Positions 1-7,785 of a stretch of DNA of 51,123 nucleotides are shown here, piece by piece; position 1 is the first letter of the stretch, and the number at the start of each line of letters is the position of its first letter. The translations under genes were made by a program, and so were the position numbers. The notes below the pieces were generated by a model, which was not told the origin of the DNA, did no database searches, and saw nothing but the letters and a program-made list of their open reading frames with translations. Source of the DNA: Candidatus Micrarchaeota archaeon (GTDB lineage Archaea > Micrarchaeota > Micrarchaeia > Micrarchaeales > CABMGC01); assembly GCA_021827925.1 (NCBI GenBank), contig JAKATZ010000001.1, positions 1 through 51,123 on the forward strand, written 5' to 3'.

Positions 1-2716
1 ATCTAAAACAGTATAGACCACTTTCATCAAAGTAAAAAGAGCTTTTCTCTGATATGGCCGGAGTTATAATCTTCGGTATTTCAAACTTCTCTTTCGAGAC
101 GGGTTGTTCTATTTCAAACCATTTTAAGTCTTTGCGTTGTTTGAATTGTGCCCTATTTTCTAATACAGGTTTATATTTTAATAGGTGATTTATGGTCTTT
201 GGAATGAGTCTTTCCTCTTTTCCGTTAGGATAAATACAGTATTTTATTGATTTAACCGCAAACGGTTCAATATCTTTTCCCATAACTACCGGTTTCGCTA
301 AACCTTCCTCATAACTGTCCGTATTTTCCACTATAAAGGCTTCATTAAAACCAGTTCTCATACCTATAATGACATCCTTAGCAAATGTTGGGCATAGCGG
401 TTTTCCTGCATCTTTTATCTTTTTCAAGACCTTTGCTTTCTCTTCGGAAACTATCTGCCATTTTTCCTCAGATAACGCATTTTGATTCAAATCTGTAAAT
501 TCTATTCCAAATATCTCATTCCTTTGCTTCTTGATTAACAATAAAACCTCGCTTAGCTCATTTGATTTTATTATCGCCCTGTCAGTTACATTAACTGCAT
601 GAATTGGTTCTGAATATTCCTTGTCCGAATTAAGAACAAAAATTGATGGGTAATTCGTCGCATCCGCAAATAGCTTAGAATCACCAAAGTCTACTATTTG
701 TTCTATCTTAGAATTATCAATAATAAATTTCCTTGTCCCTTTTCCATACCCAGTTTTCATAAATTTGTTGGAAGTGATATATCCAAGCTTTCCTTTATCA
801 TTCAATAGTTTGATCCCTAGCTCTATAAAATAGACGTATAAATCTGCCCTGCCCGTATAGACTTCAGGAAACGCCTTTTCTAATTGCCACTTATTTGAAA
901 CTTCTTCTTGTCTTACATAAGGTGGATTGCCAACCACAAAATCGTATTTCTTCTTTTTTAGTTCTTCAATAGTAACCAAATCCTTGGCCATGTTCTTTCC
1001 AGACCCATCATAAAATTGTGTTATACTTGATTGTTCCTTTGGAAGTTCGAGAGAGTCAGTCCCATACACCTTAAAACGTGGTACTACAAAGGTTCTATTT
1101 GCCTTGTTTGCTTTGAAGTAAAGGTCTACTACTTGGAAAAGCAGATTCATTTCGCTAATGTTTACTGCAAATGGATTTATGTCAAATCCATGTACATGAA
1201 GAGCTACCGCATTCACTATTTCTTCGCATTCTTTTGGTGTAAGCCTATCAAGAACCTCTTGCCATTTTTTATTGTCTAGTGCCTCTTTAGGCGTTGCCTT
1301 CTCAAATTTTACTACACATCTAGCTATTAGTCTTCTAGCTGAGCGCACCAGAAAACCTCCAGACCCACATGCGGGGTCTATCAAATCTTTGTTTTCAATA
1401 GCTTTATTAGGCAGATATTCCACAGCGTCTAATATGTAGTCAATAACTTCATCTGGCGTATAAAACTCGCCAAGAGTTTTTCTTTCTTCTTTTGGTAAGT
1501 ACTTTTCATAAATTTTACCTAGTATATCCCTATCAACTTTAGAAAAATTAAATTGATTGAGAATCCAAAGCACTCGATTTAGAACTCTGTCTAGCTCTCC
1601 ATCTCCACTTTCATACCAATCCAAAGGATTGTTTTTTTCATAGAAATGATTGTATAGATGATTACCCCTATCGTATGAAAAATTAAAAACTATCTGCTTG
1701 AACACGCCGAGATCAGGGTCAGGAAAGGATTCGTCGTGTAGTAGATCACGCAGCTTTTCTATACCACCATTCGATATTATTCTTTTACCTATAAGTCCTT
1801 TATCCTCACATATTCTTATGAAAAGTAGTCTGTTAATAAGTACATAGATTGATTCCTTACAAAATACCTGTTTATTTTCTTCCTCTTTGTCATCTGGTCT
1901 ATTAGAAAGTGCCTTCCATATGTAATACCCAAGAAATGTAGAGTATTTTTTATACTTACCTTCTATTTTCATTTCATATGCAGCTATCCTAGATGCTTCT
2001 TTCTTATCGCCACCATTACTTTTCTTTATCACATCTATCTCATTTTTGGCCTGCTTGTACGCTGCATAATTAGCGTAATAATCATCAAATGAAGAATAAG
2101 TGTATTGTCGTAATATATCATTTGAAATATAGTTAAGTTGGTCTATAAGTTTTTCGAAGCCATTATCTTCAGCTACATCAATTTTAGCATAATACGGATC
2201 AAAAATAGCATATTTTGCTTCGCTCCATATTTGGATTTTTGTTATATTATTCAAGAAAAGGATTTGCTCTACTTCCTGTGTAGAAAGTTTAGCCTCAGCA
2301 AGTTTCTTTGAACTTATTAAACTCTTAAAGTCAATATCAGATTTTAGAATCTTTTCGTCATTTTTAATCTCCCATATTATAAATCTGTAGCCATTAGTAA
2401 GACCTATGAAATGAGTAGAAGAATCAGCATATTTGCCTGCTTGTTTGCGCCATGTTTCTTCATCTAGATTTTCTTTTGGTCTTTTTGTCTCTATTACAAC
2501 AACACGGTTTTTGTTTTCATCAAAAAGAGTTATATCTGTCCTGCTGCGTTCGAAAGTGTAATCCTGCCCGTCATAACCCAAAACCCCCTCTATTAGATAT
2601 TTGGCTAATCTCGGGCTAAAGTCGTGTTCAAGTGAGTCTATATTTATCTCACTATTTATCTTCTTAAAAGCGAGCAAGACTTTGTCTGTAAAACTTATCT
2701 CTGATTTAGAAACCAC
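1..2716 (-). CDS. Single-chain Type IIG (MmeI/Eco57I-like) restriction endonuclease fused to an N6-adenine DNA methyltransferase. The 3' end runs off the window, which explains its absence from the ORF track.
   Basis: My own translation of the minus strand (codon low coordinates equal 2 mod 3) found no in-frame stop from 2716 down to position 2. The N-terminus has a PD-(D/E)xK-like motif, DITLFDENKNRVVVIETKRP (about 2484-2540). Gamma-class MTase motifs follow: GEFYTPDEV, LIDPACGSGGFLV (1352-1378) and DFVVGNPPYV (NPPY at 917-928). After these come ADLYVYFIE and GYITSNKFM and a long C-terminal specificity-like region. The putative GTG start at 2716 follows an in-frame TAG, and a TATA-like AGTATATATT lies about 20 nt upstream. 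Confidence 0.8.
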   Translation of the reverse strand, partial: MVSKSEISFTDKVLLAFKKINSEINIDSLEHDFSPRLAKYLIEGVLGYDGQDYTFERSRTDITLFDENKNRVVVIETKRPKENLDEETWRKQAGKYADSSTHFIGLTNGYRFIIWEIKNDEKILKSDIDFKSLISSKKLAEAKLSTQEVEQILFLNNITKIQIWSEAKYAIFDPYYAKIDVAEDNGFEKLIDQLNYISNDILRQYTYSSFDDYYANYAAYKQAKNEIDVIKKSNGGDKKEASRIAAYEMKIEGKYKKYSTFLGYYIWKALSNRPDDKEEENKQVFCKESIYVLINRLLFIRICEDKGLIGKRIISNGGIEKLRDLLHDESFPDPDLGVFKQIVFNFSYDRGNHLYNHFYEKNNPLDWYESGDGELDRVLNRVLWILNQFNFSKVDRDILGKIYEKYLPKEERKTLGEFYTPDEVIDYILDAVEYLPNKAIENKDLIDPACGSGGFLVRSARRLIARCVVKFEKATPKEALDNKKWQEVLDRLTPKECEEIVNAVALHVHGFDINPFAVNISEMNLLFQVVDLYFKANKANRTFVVPRFKVYGTDSLELPKEQSSITQFYDGSGKNMAKDLVTIEELKKKKYDFVVGNPPYVRQEEVSNKWQLEKAFPEVYTGRADLYVYFIELGIKLLNDKGKLGYITSNKFMKTGYGKGTRKFIIDNSKIEQIVDFGDSKLFADATNYPSIFVLNSDKEYSEPIHAVNVTDRAIIKSNELSEVLLLIKKQRNEIFGIEFTDLNQNALSEEKWQIVSEEKAKVLKKIKDAGKPLCPTFAKDVIIGMRTGFNEAFIVENTDSYEEGLAKPVVMGKDIEPFAVKSIKYCIYPNGKEERLIPKTINHLLKYKPVLENRAQFKQRKDLKWFEIEQPVSKEKFEIPKIITPAISEKSSFYFDESGLYCFR

Positions 2717-2766
2717 TCTAACTACCTACCAATATATACTGCCTTTCAAACTTAAATCGCTTCCTA

Positions 2767-3732
2767 TTAGTCCCTGCCTTTCCCAGATAATAGTGCTAGT
2801 AGCACTAATCCAACCACACCGATACCTACCGCGGTTGCTAGGCCATCGTCATTATTACGTTTTTGAATATTCACTACCGCGCTTTTAATCAATTCCGCAG
2901 TTACATTTGGCGACTCTGCCTTCGAAAATTCAATCCATTCGTAATCGGTTTTCAGTTTTATTGATTTATCTTTGAGCAAAATAGTGGGCTTCTTAATCTG
3001 GATCGCATAATCTACTTCTTTTTTTACCCATTCGGAGTTTACTCCGTCCTCAGTTAATAACGCTATCAGCATTCTAGATTGGCGTATCATTTGTTGAAAT
3101 TTCTCATCAAGTCTTGCTCCTGGTTCAAATTTGTCCTCCCCTATCATAATCCCAAATCCTTCCTTGTCTAACATGGCCTCCAGTTGCCTTACTAATATCA
3201 TATCTTTGGTACTGTGCGAAAAGAAAATATTGATACCAGTAAGACTACGCTTAACTTCTAATATTACGGGGTTTGCCCATTCAGTTAGCACATTTTGAAA
3301 TTGTGCTGCGGGCAGATACTGTCCTTCAATCCCAAATCTAAACTCGTATTCATTTAACGCCAAATCATTTGGTATCGGTACTGAGATAGAAAACCGTCTC
3401 TGCATCCCACTCTTAATAAGGTCTTTTACTTCTTGCGCATGCCATTTGTCTGGCAACCATTCTGGTTGAATCCCTATACGCGTTAGGTAAATGTCCAAAG
3501 GAGAGGTATTTCTAAACACGAAATCTACCGGGACAACCTCACCAGGCAAATAACGTCTATTATTAAACGTCATATTTTCTACCGACCAATTGGGCTTTAC
3601 TGTGTTGGTAGTATGTGTTCTGATCTCATTGTGTATTTTGTATACCGTGCTTTTTTTATAGCCTTGTTGTATCAATTGCTGTGGCATAATACCTTTAAGC
3701 AGGTTGCTCCTTATGTCTTCTTCAAGTGCCAT
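2767..3732 (-). CDS. TIR-domain protein with a short N-terminal HTH-like segment, a central beta-rich domain and a C-terminal transmembrane anchor
   Basis: The TIR hallmarks are INIFFSHSTKD (beta-A), FEPGARLDEKFQQMIRQSRMLIALLTEDGVNSEWVKKEVDYA (the SxW..E motif with a candidate catalytic Glu). The C-terminus GLATAVGIGVVGLVLLALLSGKGRD is a predicted TM helix. Confidence 0.65.
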   Translation of the reverse strand: MALEEDIRSNLLKGIMPQQLIQQGYKKSTVYKIHNEIRTHTTNTVKPNWSVENMTFNNRRYLPGEVVPVDFVFRNTSPLDIYLTRIGIQPEWLPDKWHAQEVKDLIKSGMQRRFSISVPIPNDLALNEYEFRFGIEGQYLPAAQFQNVLTEWANPVILEVKRSLTGINIFFSHSTKDMILVRQLEAMLDKEGFGIMIGEDKFEPGARLDEKFQQMIRQSRMLIALLTEDGVNSEWVKKEVDYAIQIKKPTILLKDKSIKLKTDYEWIEFSKAESPNVTAELIKSAVVNIQKRNNDDGLATAVGIGVVGLVLLALLSGKGRD

Positions 3733-3826
3733 GAAATCACTGGTTTAATTAGGCTAATATAGATATTTAAGCTTTATGGATTTAATAGTAGACTTTAGTA
3801 GACTATAACCTGTCCAATGGTAGGTT

Positions 3827-4333
3827 TTACCAATTGTATCCGCTTGAATTTTGCTTTTCTTTGAAATACGCTCCTAATACGATGCCAAGCCCAGCCGCTA
3901 TTATATAAGCTACTATTTCGGCTACTGCATCTGGCGCAATAGCTCCTATGGCTTGTCCAAAAAGCCATAAGCTAGCAATCATCCCTAACACTGTTATGAA
4001 GGCCTCAAAAGATGCGACCAAGCCTTTAACAAAATTGATTAGTAGCGAGGCTATGAATACGACAACAACGTATTCGATAATAAGGCTTGCTGATTGCGTT
4101 CCTTCTGGCAAGCCATTGAAAGCATTTATGAATGCGAAAGCCATTAAAGATATGATCGCAGCTAGAAGTATCTCCACCATACCTTCTACGAATATGCCGA
4201 TGTATTTGGCTAGGGCTTTTTCTTCTGCGGACTGTGTCATAGTAACCGTTTGTCCTTTTAGATATTTATCTTTTATCTCAAACACGCCAAAAATTGTTTT
4301 CTCAAGGAAACCTGTAATCCTTAAAACCACCAC
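3827..4333 (-). CDS. Small integral membrane protein (about 4 TM helices) with an N-terminal cytosolic segment of about 45 aa
   Basis: Four hydrophobic stretches are visible: ILLAAIISLMAFAFINAF, LIIEYVVVVFIASLLINFV, FITVLGMIASLWLFGQAIG and IVAYIIAAGLGIVLGAYF. The gene is co-oriented with, and 94 nt upstream of, the TIR gene. I recognise no family. Confidence 0.5.
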   Translation of the reverse strand: MVVLRITGFLEKTIFGVFEIKDKYLKGQTVTMTQSAEEKALAKYIGIFVEGMVEILLAAIISLMAFAFINAFNGLPEGTQSASLIIEYVVVVFIASLLINFVKGLVASFEAFITVLGMIASLWLFGQAIGAIAPDAVAEIVAYIIAAGLGIVLGAYFKEKQNSSGYNW

Positions 4334-4573
4334 TCTATCGCTAATCCTTTTTGAGGATTAGCTCACGAGGGGGTCGTCCCAACGGACTTTAATCTGCCAC
4401 CAGAACCGAAACTAGAGCCGATTTTGTGGGGGGTCAAAATCGGCCGCCTTTTGTAGACAAAAGACGTAGTTTCTACGCCATCCATGTCCTACAAAGTAGC
4501 CGCAGCAGCCGTAGCCCGCCTAACACCACCGAAGGTGGTTCAGGAGGCGGGCGGAGGCTGCAAGGCGGGAGAG

Positions 4574-4719
4574 TCTCTACACGACTCTCTACATGGGCGG
4601 TCGTAATAGTGATGTGCAGTCATGTAGAGAGAAAATAATCCTATTTTGAAGGCTTACGAGGGAGATTTTCTCTACATGGAATGGCTTGGGCATGTAGAGA
4701 AACCCAAGTCATGTAGAGA
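4574..4719. repeat. Cluster of 10-bp iterons CATGTAGAGA (5 perfect copies and 1 imperfect copy, in both orientations)
   Basis: Forward copies lie at 4621-4630, 4691-4700 and 4710-4719. Reverse copies (TCTCTACATG) lie at 4586-4595 and 4669-4678. An imperfect copy, TCTCTACACG, lies at 4574-4583. The cluster sits immediately 3' of the integrase stop at 4726. Confidence 0.85.
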
Positions 4720-4725
4720 AAGCTG

Positions 4726-5625
4726 CTAGAAGGGCTTGGAAAGCCTTGCTTTCAGGCCAGAAGCCCGCTCAACCGAAAAGGCTTCGTCTACGGCCTTGTA
4801 AAGCTCGTCCTTTCTCGTGTTTATGTAAGTCATTGTGGTGCTTGGATCGCTGTGTCGTGCGAACCTGCTGGAAAGCACCACATTCCCGTTGCTCTGGCGT
4901 GCGAAGCTGGTTATTGCGTAGTGCCTCAGGCTGTGCGTAGTCAACCTATGGAGCCTCCTAGGCGTCCTTCCGTATGACTCCTCGCTCTGGTCGTAGACTT
5001 CGTCCAGCCTTGCCGCTTGGACATACTCCCTGAACACCTTACGCACATAGTTCTTCTCTAGGAACGGTTCGCCTCTTAGGCTATGCCCAAGTTCCGCGAA
5101 GAACATGAACCCGCCAGCTTGCGTGATCGCTTTTTCGTTCCTGTTTATGAACTCGACAGTTTGCCGAAAAAGTGGCACTGGAATAAGCATTGTGTCTATA
5201 ACGTGAGCTTTTTCAGTTTTCACGGTTAGCTCACGTGTCTCGAACTTGATGTCTTTGACATTGACTTTGACAGCTTCGCCTATCCTGAGTCCAAGCTGCG
5301 CTTGATACCCAAACAATAGGCGAAACTTGTCGTTTTCTATAACTTTGAAAAAGGCCTGCACCTCCTGTTCTGTGAAGCCCTTATTCAGGCTTCCATACTT
5401 TGGAGGCGCATTGCCTCTGAACCTTTTCTTCTTGATGTGGTAGATTACGGACAGGACATCCTTAATCTCATGGAAAGTTAGACTAGGAAGCACTTCTTTG
5501 ATGTGCTTCTTAAGTTTTTCGGGTTCGGTCTCCGTGATGGAATCGAACCGTGTGGGGCTTAATTCCTTTTCCTTGGCCAGTGAACTGAACCCGAGTTTGT
5601 CGTCGAAAATTTGATTTGCTCCCAT
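4726..5625 (-). CDS. Tyrosine recombinase / phage-type integrase
   Basis: Catalytic-type motifs are present: LGLRIGEA (Arg), THSLRHYAIT (HxxR), ARHSD (His) and TMTYIN (Tyr). The start codon overlaps the tRNA-like fragment. Confidence 0.85.
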   Translation of the reverse strand: MGANQIFDDKLGFSSLAKEKELSPTRFDSITETEPEKLKKHIKEVLPSLTFHEIKDVLSVIYHIKKKRFRGNAPPKYGSLNKGFTEQEVQAFFKVIENDKFRLLFGYQAQLGLRIGEAVKVNVKDIKFETRELTVKTEKAHVIDTMLIPVPLFRQTVEFINRNEKAITQAGGFMFFAELGHSLRGEPFLEKNYVRKVFREYVQAARLDEVYDQSEESYGRTPRRLHRLTTHSLRHYAITSFARQSNGNVVLSSRFARHSDPSTTMTYINTRKDELYKAVDEAFSVERASGLKARLSKPF

Positions 5626-5651
5626 CGGGATTTGAACCCGAGTTGCGGGGT
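5617..5651 (-). other. tRNA 3'-half-like fragment with no 5' half, taken as a putative att site
   Basis: The minus strand reads ACCCC GCAAC TCGGG TTCAAAT CCCGA TGGGAGC A. That is a 3' anticodon stem, variable loop, a perfect T-arm with a TTCAAAT loop, a 3' acceptor strand and a discriminator. No GCTCCCA acceptor partner or D-arm is found upstream. Confidence 0.6.
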
Positions 5652-5679
5652 TGAAAGAGAAAAAGATGCAGGATTTCGA

Positions 5680-5826
5680 TCAGACAGGCTTGAACTTCTC
5701 GCCTATCGCCGCTAATAGCTTGCCCGCCTCGAACGCATTGCTCTTTCCGAACTTTCCCTGAAAGAACAGTTTGTCTGACGCGTTAACATGATCCTTCTTT
5801 TTCGCAATTTTCTTACTTTTTGCCAT
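5680..5826 (-). CDS. Hypothetical small Lys-rich protein (48 aa), below the ORF-track cutoff
   Basis: My own translation gives MAKSKKIAKKKDHVNASDKLFFQGKFGKSNAFEAGKLLAAIGEKFKPV. It is divergent from the mat gene. No family is recognised. Confidence 0.3.
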   Translation of the reverse strand: MAKSKKIAKKKDHVNASDKLFFQGKFGKSNAFEAGKLLAAIGEKFKPV

Positions 5827-5858
5827 GGAGTCACCAATCCATCCCAAGGAAGTGCAAG

Positions 5859-5866
5859 TATTTAAA
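5859..5866 (+). promoter_or_regulatory. TATA-box-like element (TATTTAAA) upstream of the SAM synthetase gene
   Basis: An AT-rich octamer lies about 37 nt upstream of the preferred ATG at 5903. Confidence 0.4.
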
Positions 5867-5902
5867 GTTGACTTCTGGTATCAATACATCTGGTATCAAT
5901 AC

Positions 5903-7072
5903 ATGCCGTTGATAACGGTAAGGAGCAGTGCGGTACCTTCAGGAGACAGGCTGGAAACAGAGTTTGCTGAACGTAAGGGGATCTGGCACCCAGACTCCAT
6001 TGCAGACGGGATTGCGGAGGAAGTGAGCAGGAGCTTGTGCAGAGAATATCTTGAGATTTCAGGGACTGTACTTCACCACAATGTAGACAAAGGGCTCATA
6101 ATCGGAGGCGACTCGGAAGTGAGGTTTGGCGGAGGGAGGATAACGCGCAGGATAGAAGCCATAATAGCAGGAAGGGCATCTTCGGCGTACGGGAAGGCAG
6201 AAATAGATATTAAGGGGACAGCTTCTGATGCGGCAAGGAGGCATCTCAATCGCGTATCGCGCTTCCTTGACAGTGAAAGGGAGGCAAAGATAACGACAAA
6301 AATTGGCAGGGGGAGCGCAGAGCTGAAGAGCCTGTTCGCCGAGAGGGGGGTCCCTCTTGCAAACGATACCGCGTTTGGATTGGGATTCGCGCCGATGAGT
6401 ACATTGGAAGGACTTGTACTTTCTTCTGAAAAATATCTTAATTCGCGCAGACATAAGAGAAGATTTCCAGCGGTGGGGGAGGATGTGAAGGTGATGGGAT
6501 GGCGCGATGGAGGGAAACTCTCCCTTATGGTTTCCATGGCTTTTGTATCGGAATTCATAGAAAGCAGCAACGCGTACGTCGAATACAAGGAGAGGGTCGG
6601 CCGAGATCTGGAGAGGTTTGCCTGGGACAAATCAGGAAAAGAGGTTAGGATAGGGATAAACGGCGGAGACGACGTTGGGAAGGGGCGGATTTACATGACG
6701 AAGACGGGTTTGAGCTGCGAATCAGGGGATGACGGACAGGTGGGAAGGGGGAACAGAGTGAACGGCCTCATAACGCCGCTCAGGTGGATGAGCCTTGAAG
6801 CGGCAGCGGGAAAAAATCCGGTCAGCCACATCGGAAAATTGTACAATGTGCTTGCCATGAAGGTATCGGAAGACGCTGTGAAGGAGTATCCGGAGATAGG
6901 TGATTGCAGGACAGAGATACTTGCCCAGATAGGGGACAGGATTGATAGACCAAGGAGCTTTACAATGGAGACAGGATGCAGCAGGAAGGAAGGGCGGCGG
7001 TTGGAGGCGAAGCTGCAGGTATCGGAGAGTGGCATCTTGAAAGAATGCGAATGCTTTCTGAAGATATTGTGA
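5903..7072 (+). CDS. mat: Archaeal-type S-adenosylmethionine synthetase (methionine adenosyltransferase)
   Basis: Motifs remembered from archaeal MAT are present: [72 protein letters not shown] and [14 protein letters not shown]. The track ORF starts at 5825, but family N-termini favour the Met at 5903. Confidence 0.9.
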   Translation: MPLITVRSSAVPSGDRLETEFAERKGIWHPDSIADGIAEEVSRSLCREYLEISGTVLHHNVDKGLIIGGDSEVRFGGGRITRRIEAIIAGRASSAYGKAEIDIKGTASDAARRHLNRVSRFLDSEREAKITTKIGRGSAELKSLFAERGVPLANDTAFGLGFAPMSTLEGLVLSSEKYLNSRRHKRRFPAVGEDVKVMGWRDGGKLSLMVSMAFVSEFIESSNAYVEYKERVGRDLERFAWDKSGKEVRIGINGGDDVGKGRIYMTKTGLSCESGDDGQVGRGNRVNGLITPLRWMSLEAAAGKNPVSHIGKLYNVLAMKVSEDAVKEYPEIGDCRTEILAQIGDRIDRPRSFTMETGCSRKEGRRLEAKLQVSESGILKECECFLKIL

Positions 7073-7095
7073 AGGGCAGATATGCCCTTTTTTAG

Positions 7096-7780
7096 TTGGC
7101 ATGCATGGACAGGAGGATAATGAACAGGGCACTGCAGGTGTACGGCGCCTTGCTTCTGGAGATGGTGCTGTTTTTCATAGGCGCAGGTACACTAGAAGTA
7201 CTGAGGGGATGGTTGTACTTCGGAATGTACTTCGCGTATGTAGTAGTGAATTCGGCGATACTCCTGAAGCGTGCTCCGGACTTGATAAGGGCGAGGAGTG
7301 AACTGAAAAAAGAAGAGGCGTGGGACAGGTACATAATCGTCGCGTACACGGCGCTGTCCATGTTTCTGCTCCCGTACTTGGCAGGCTTGATGCAGGAAGG
7401 CTTCTTCCGGAATTTTCAGCGGAGATGATAATCATTGGGTGATGGTATTCGTTTCAGGCGGAGCGCTCGTGACTTGGTCAATGCTCGTGAATAGGTATTT
7501 TGAGGGTTCTGCCAGGATACAGAAGGAAAAAGGGCAGACAGTCATCTCAGCAGGGCCTTATGCGCTGATAAGGCACCCGGGATACCTTGGCATGCTGCTG
7601 TTTCTGACAAGCATGGTTTTGATATTGGGTTCCGCTTATGCGGTAATCCCGGCATTCGCGCTGATTGCAGTCATGGTTGTGCGCACGGACCTTGAAGACA
7701 TAATGCTAAGGAAAAAACTGAGAGGCTACCTGCGCTACTCCAGAAGGGTGAGGTACAGGCTCATACCGCACGTGTGGTAG
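7096..7780 (+). pseudogene. ICMT/PEMT-family membrane methyltransferase, apparently disrupted by frameshifts (track ORFs 7096-7428 and 7439-7780)
   Basis: The C-terminal ORF carries GPYALIRHPGYLGMLLF (the RHPxY motif), and the N-terminal ORF supplies the upstream TM helices. Between them, the third frame reads LDAGRLLPEFSAEMIIIG, which looks like the missing family segment. Confidence 0.5.
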
Positions 7781-7785
7781 GAGCT

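Larger units (their letters stand above)
1..5651. mobile_element. Putative integrated element / defence island; the left boundary lies outside the window
   Basis: By eye, positions 1-4380 are clearly more AT-rich than the flanking genes from about 5.7 kb onward. All genes here are co-oriented on the minus strand: integrase, 4-TM protein, TIR protein and Type IIG RM enzyme. The right end coincides with a tRNA 3'-half-like fragment. Confidence 0.5.

Noticed and set aside
1031-2888. Track ORFs 1031-1279 (+) and 2601-2888 (+) in the first 3 kb
   Set aside because: These ORFs are antisense to, or overlap, the long uninterrupted minus-strand Type IIG RM reading frame. They have low-complexity AT-driven sequences and no motifs.
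4426-4638. 70-aa + strand ORF in the GC-rich stretch downstream of the integrase
   Set aside because: It runs through the CATGTAGAGA iteron block and has an Arg/Gly/Ser-rich composition typical of random GC-rich DNA. I treat it as non-coding.
4574-4719. Whether the short repeats form a CRISPR array
   Set aside because: The repeat is only 10 bp, occurs in both orientations, and has irregular spacings of about 2 to 38 nt. There are no cas genes. This is not CRISPR-like.
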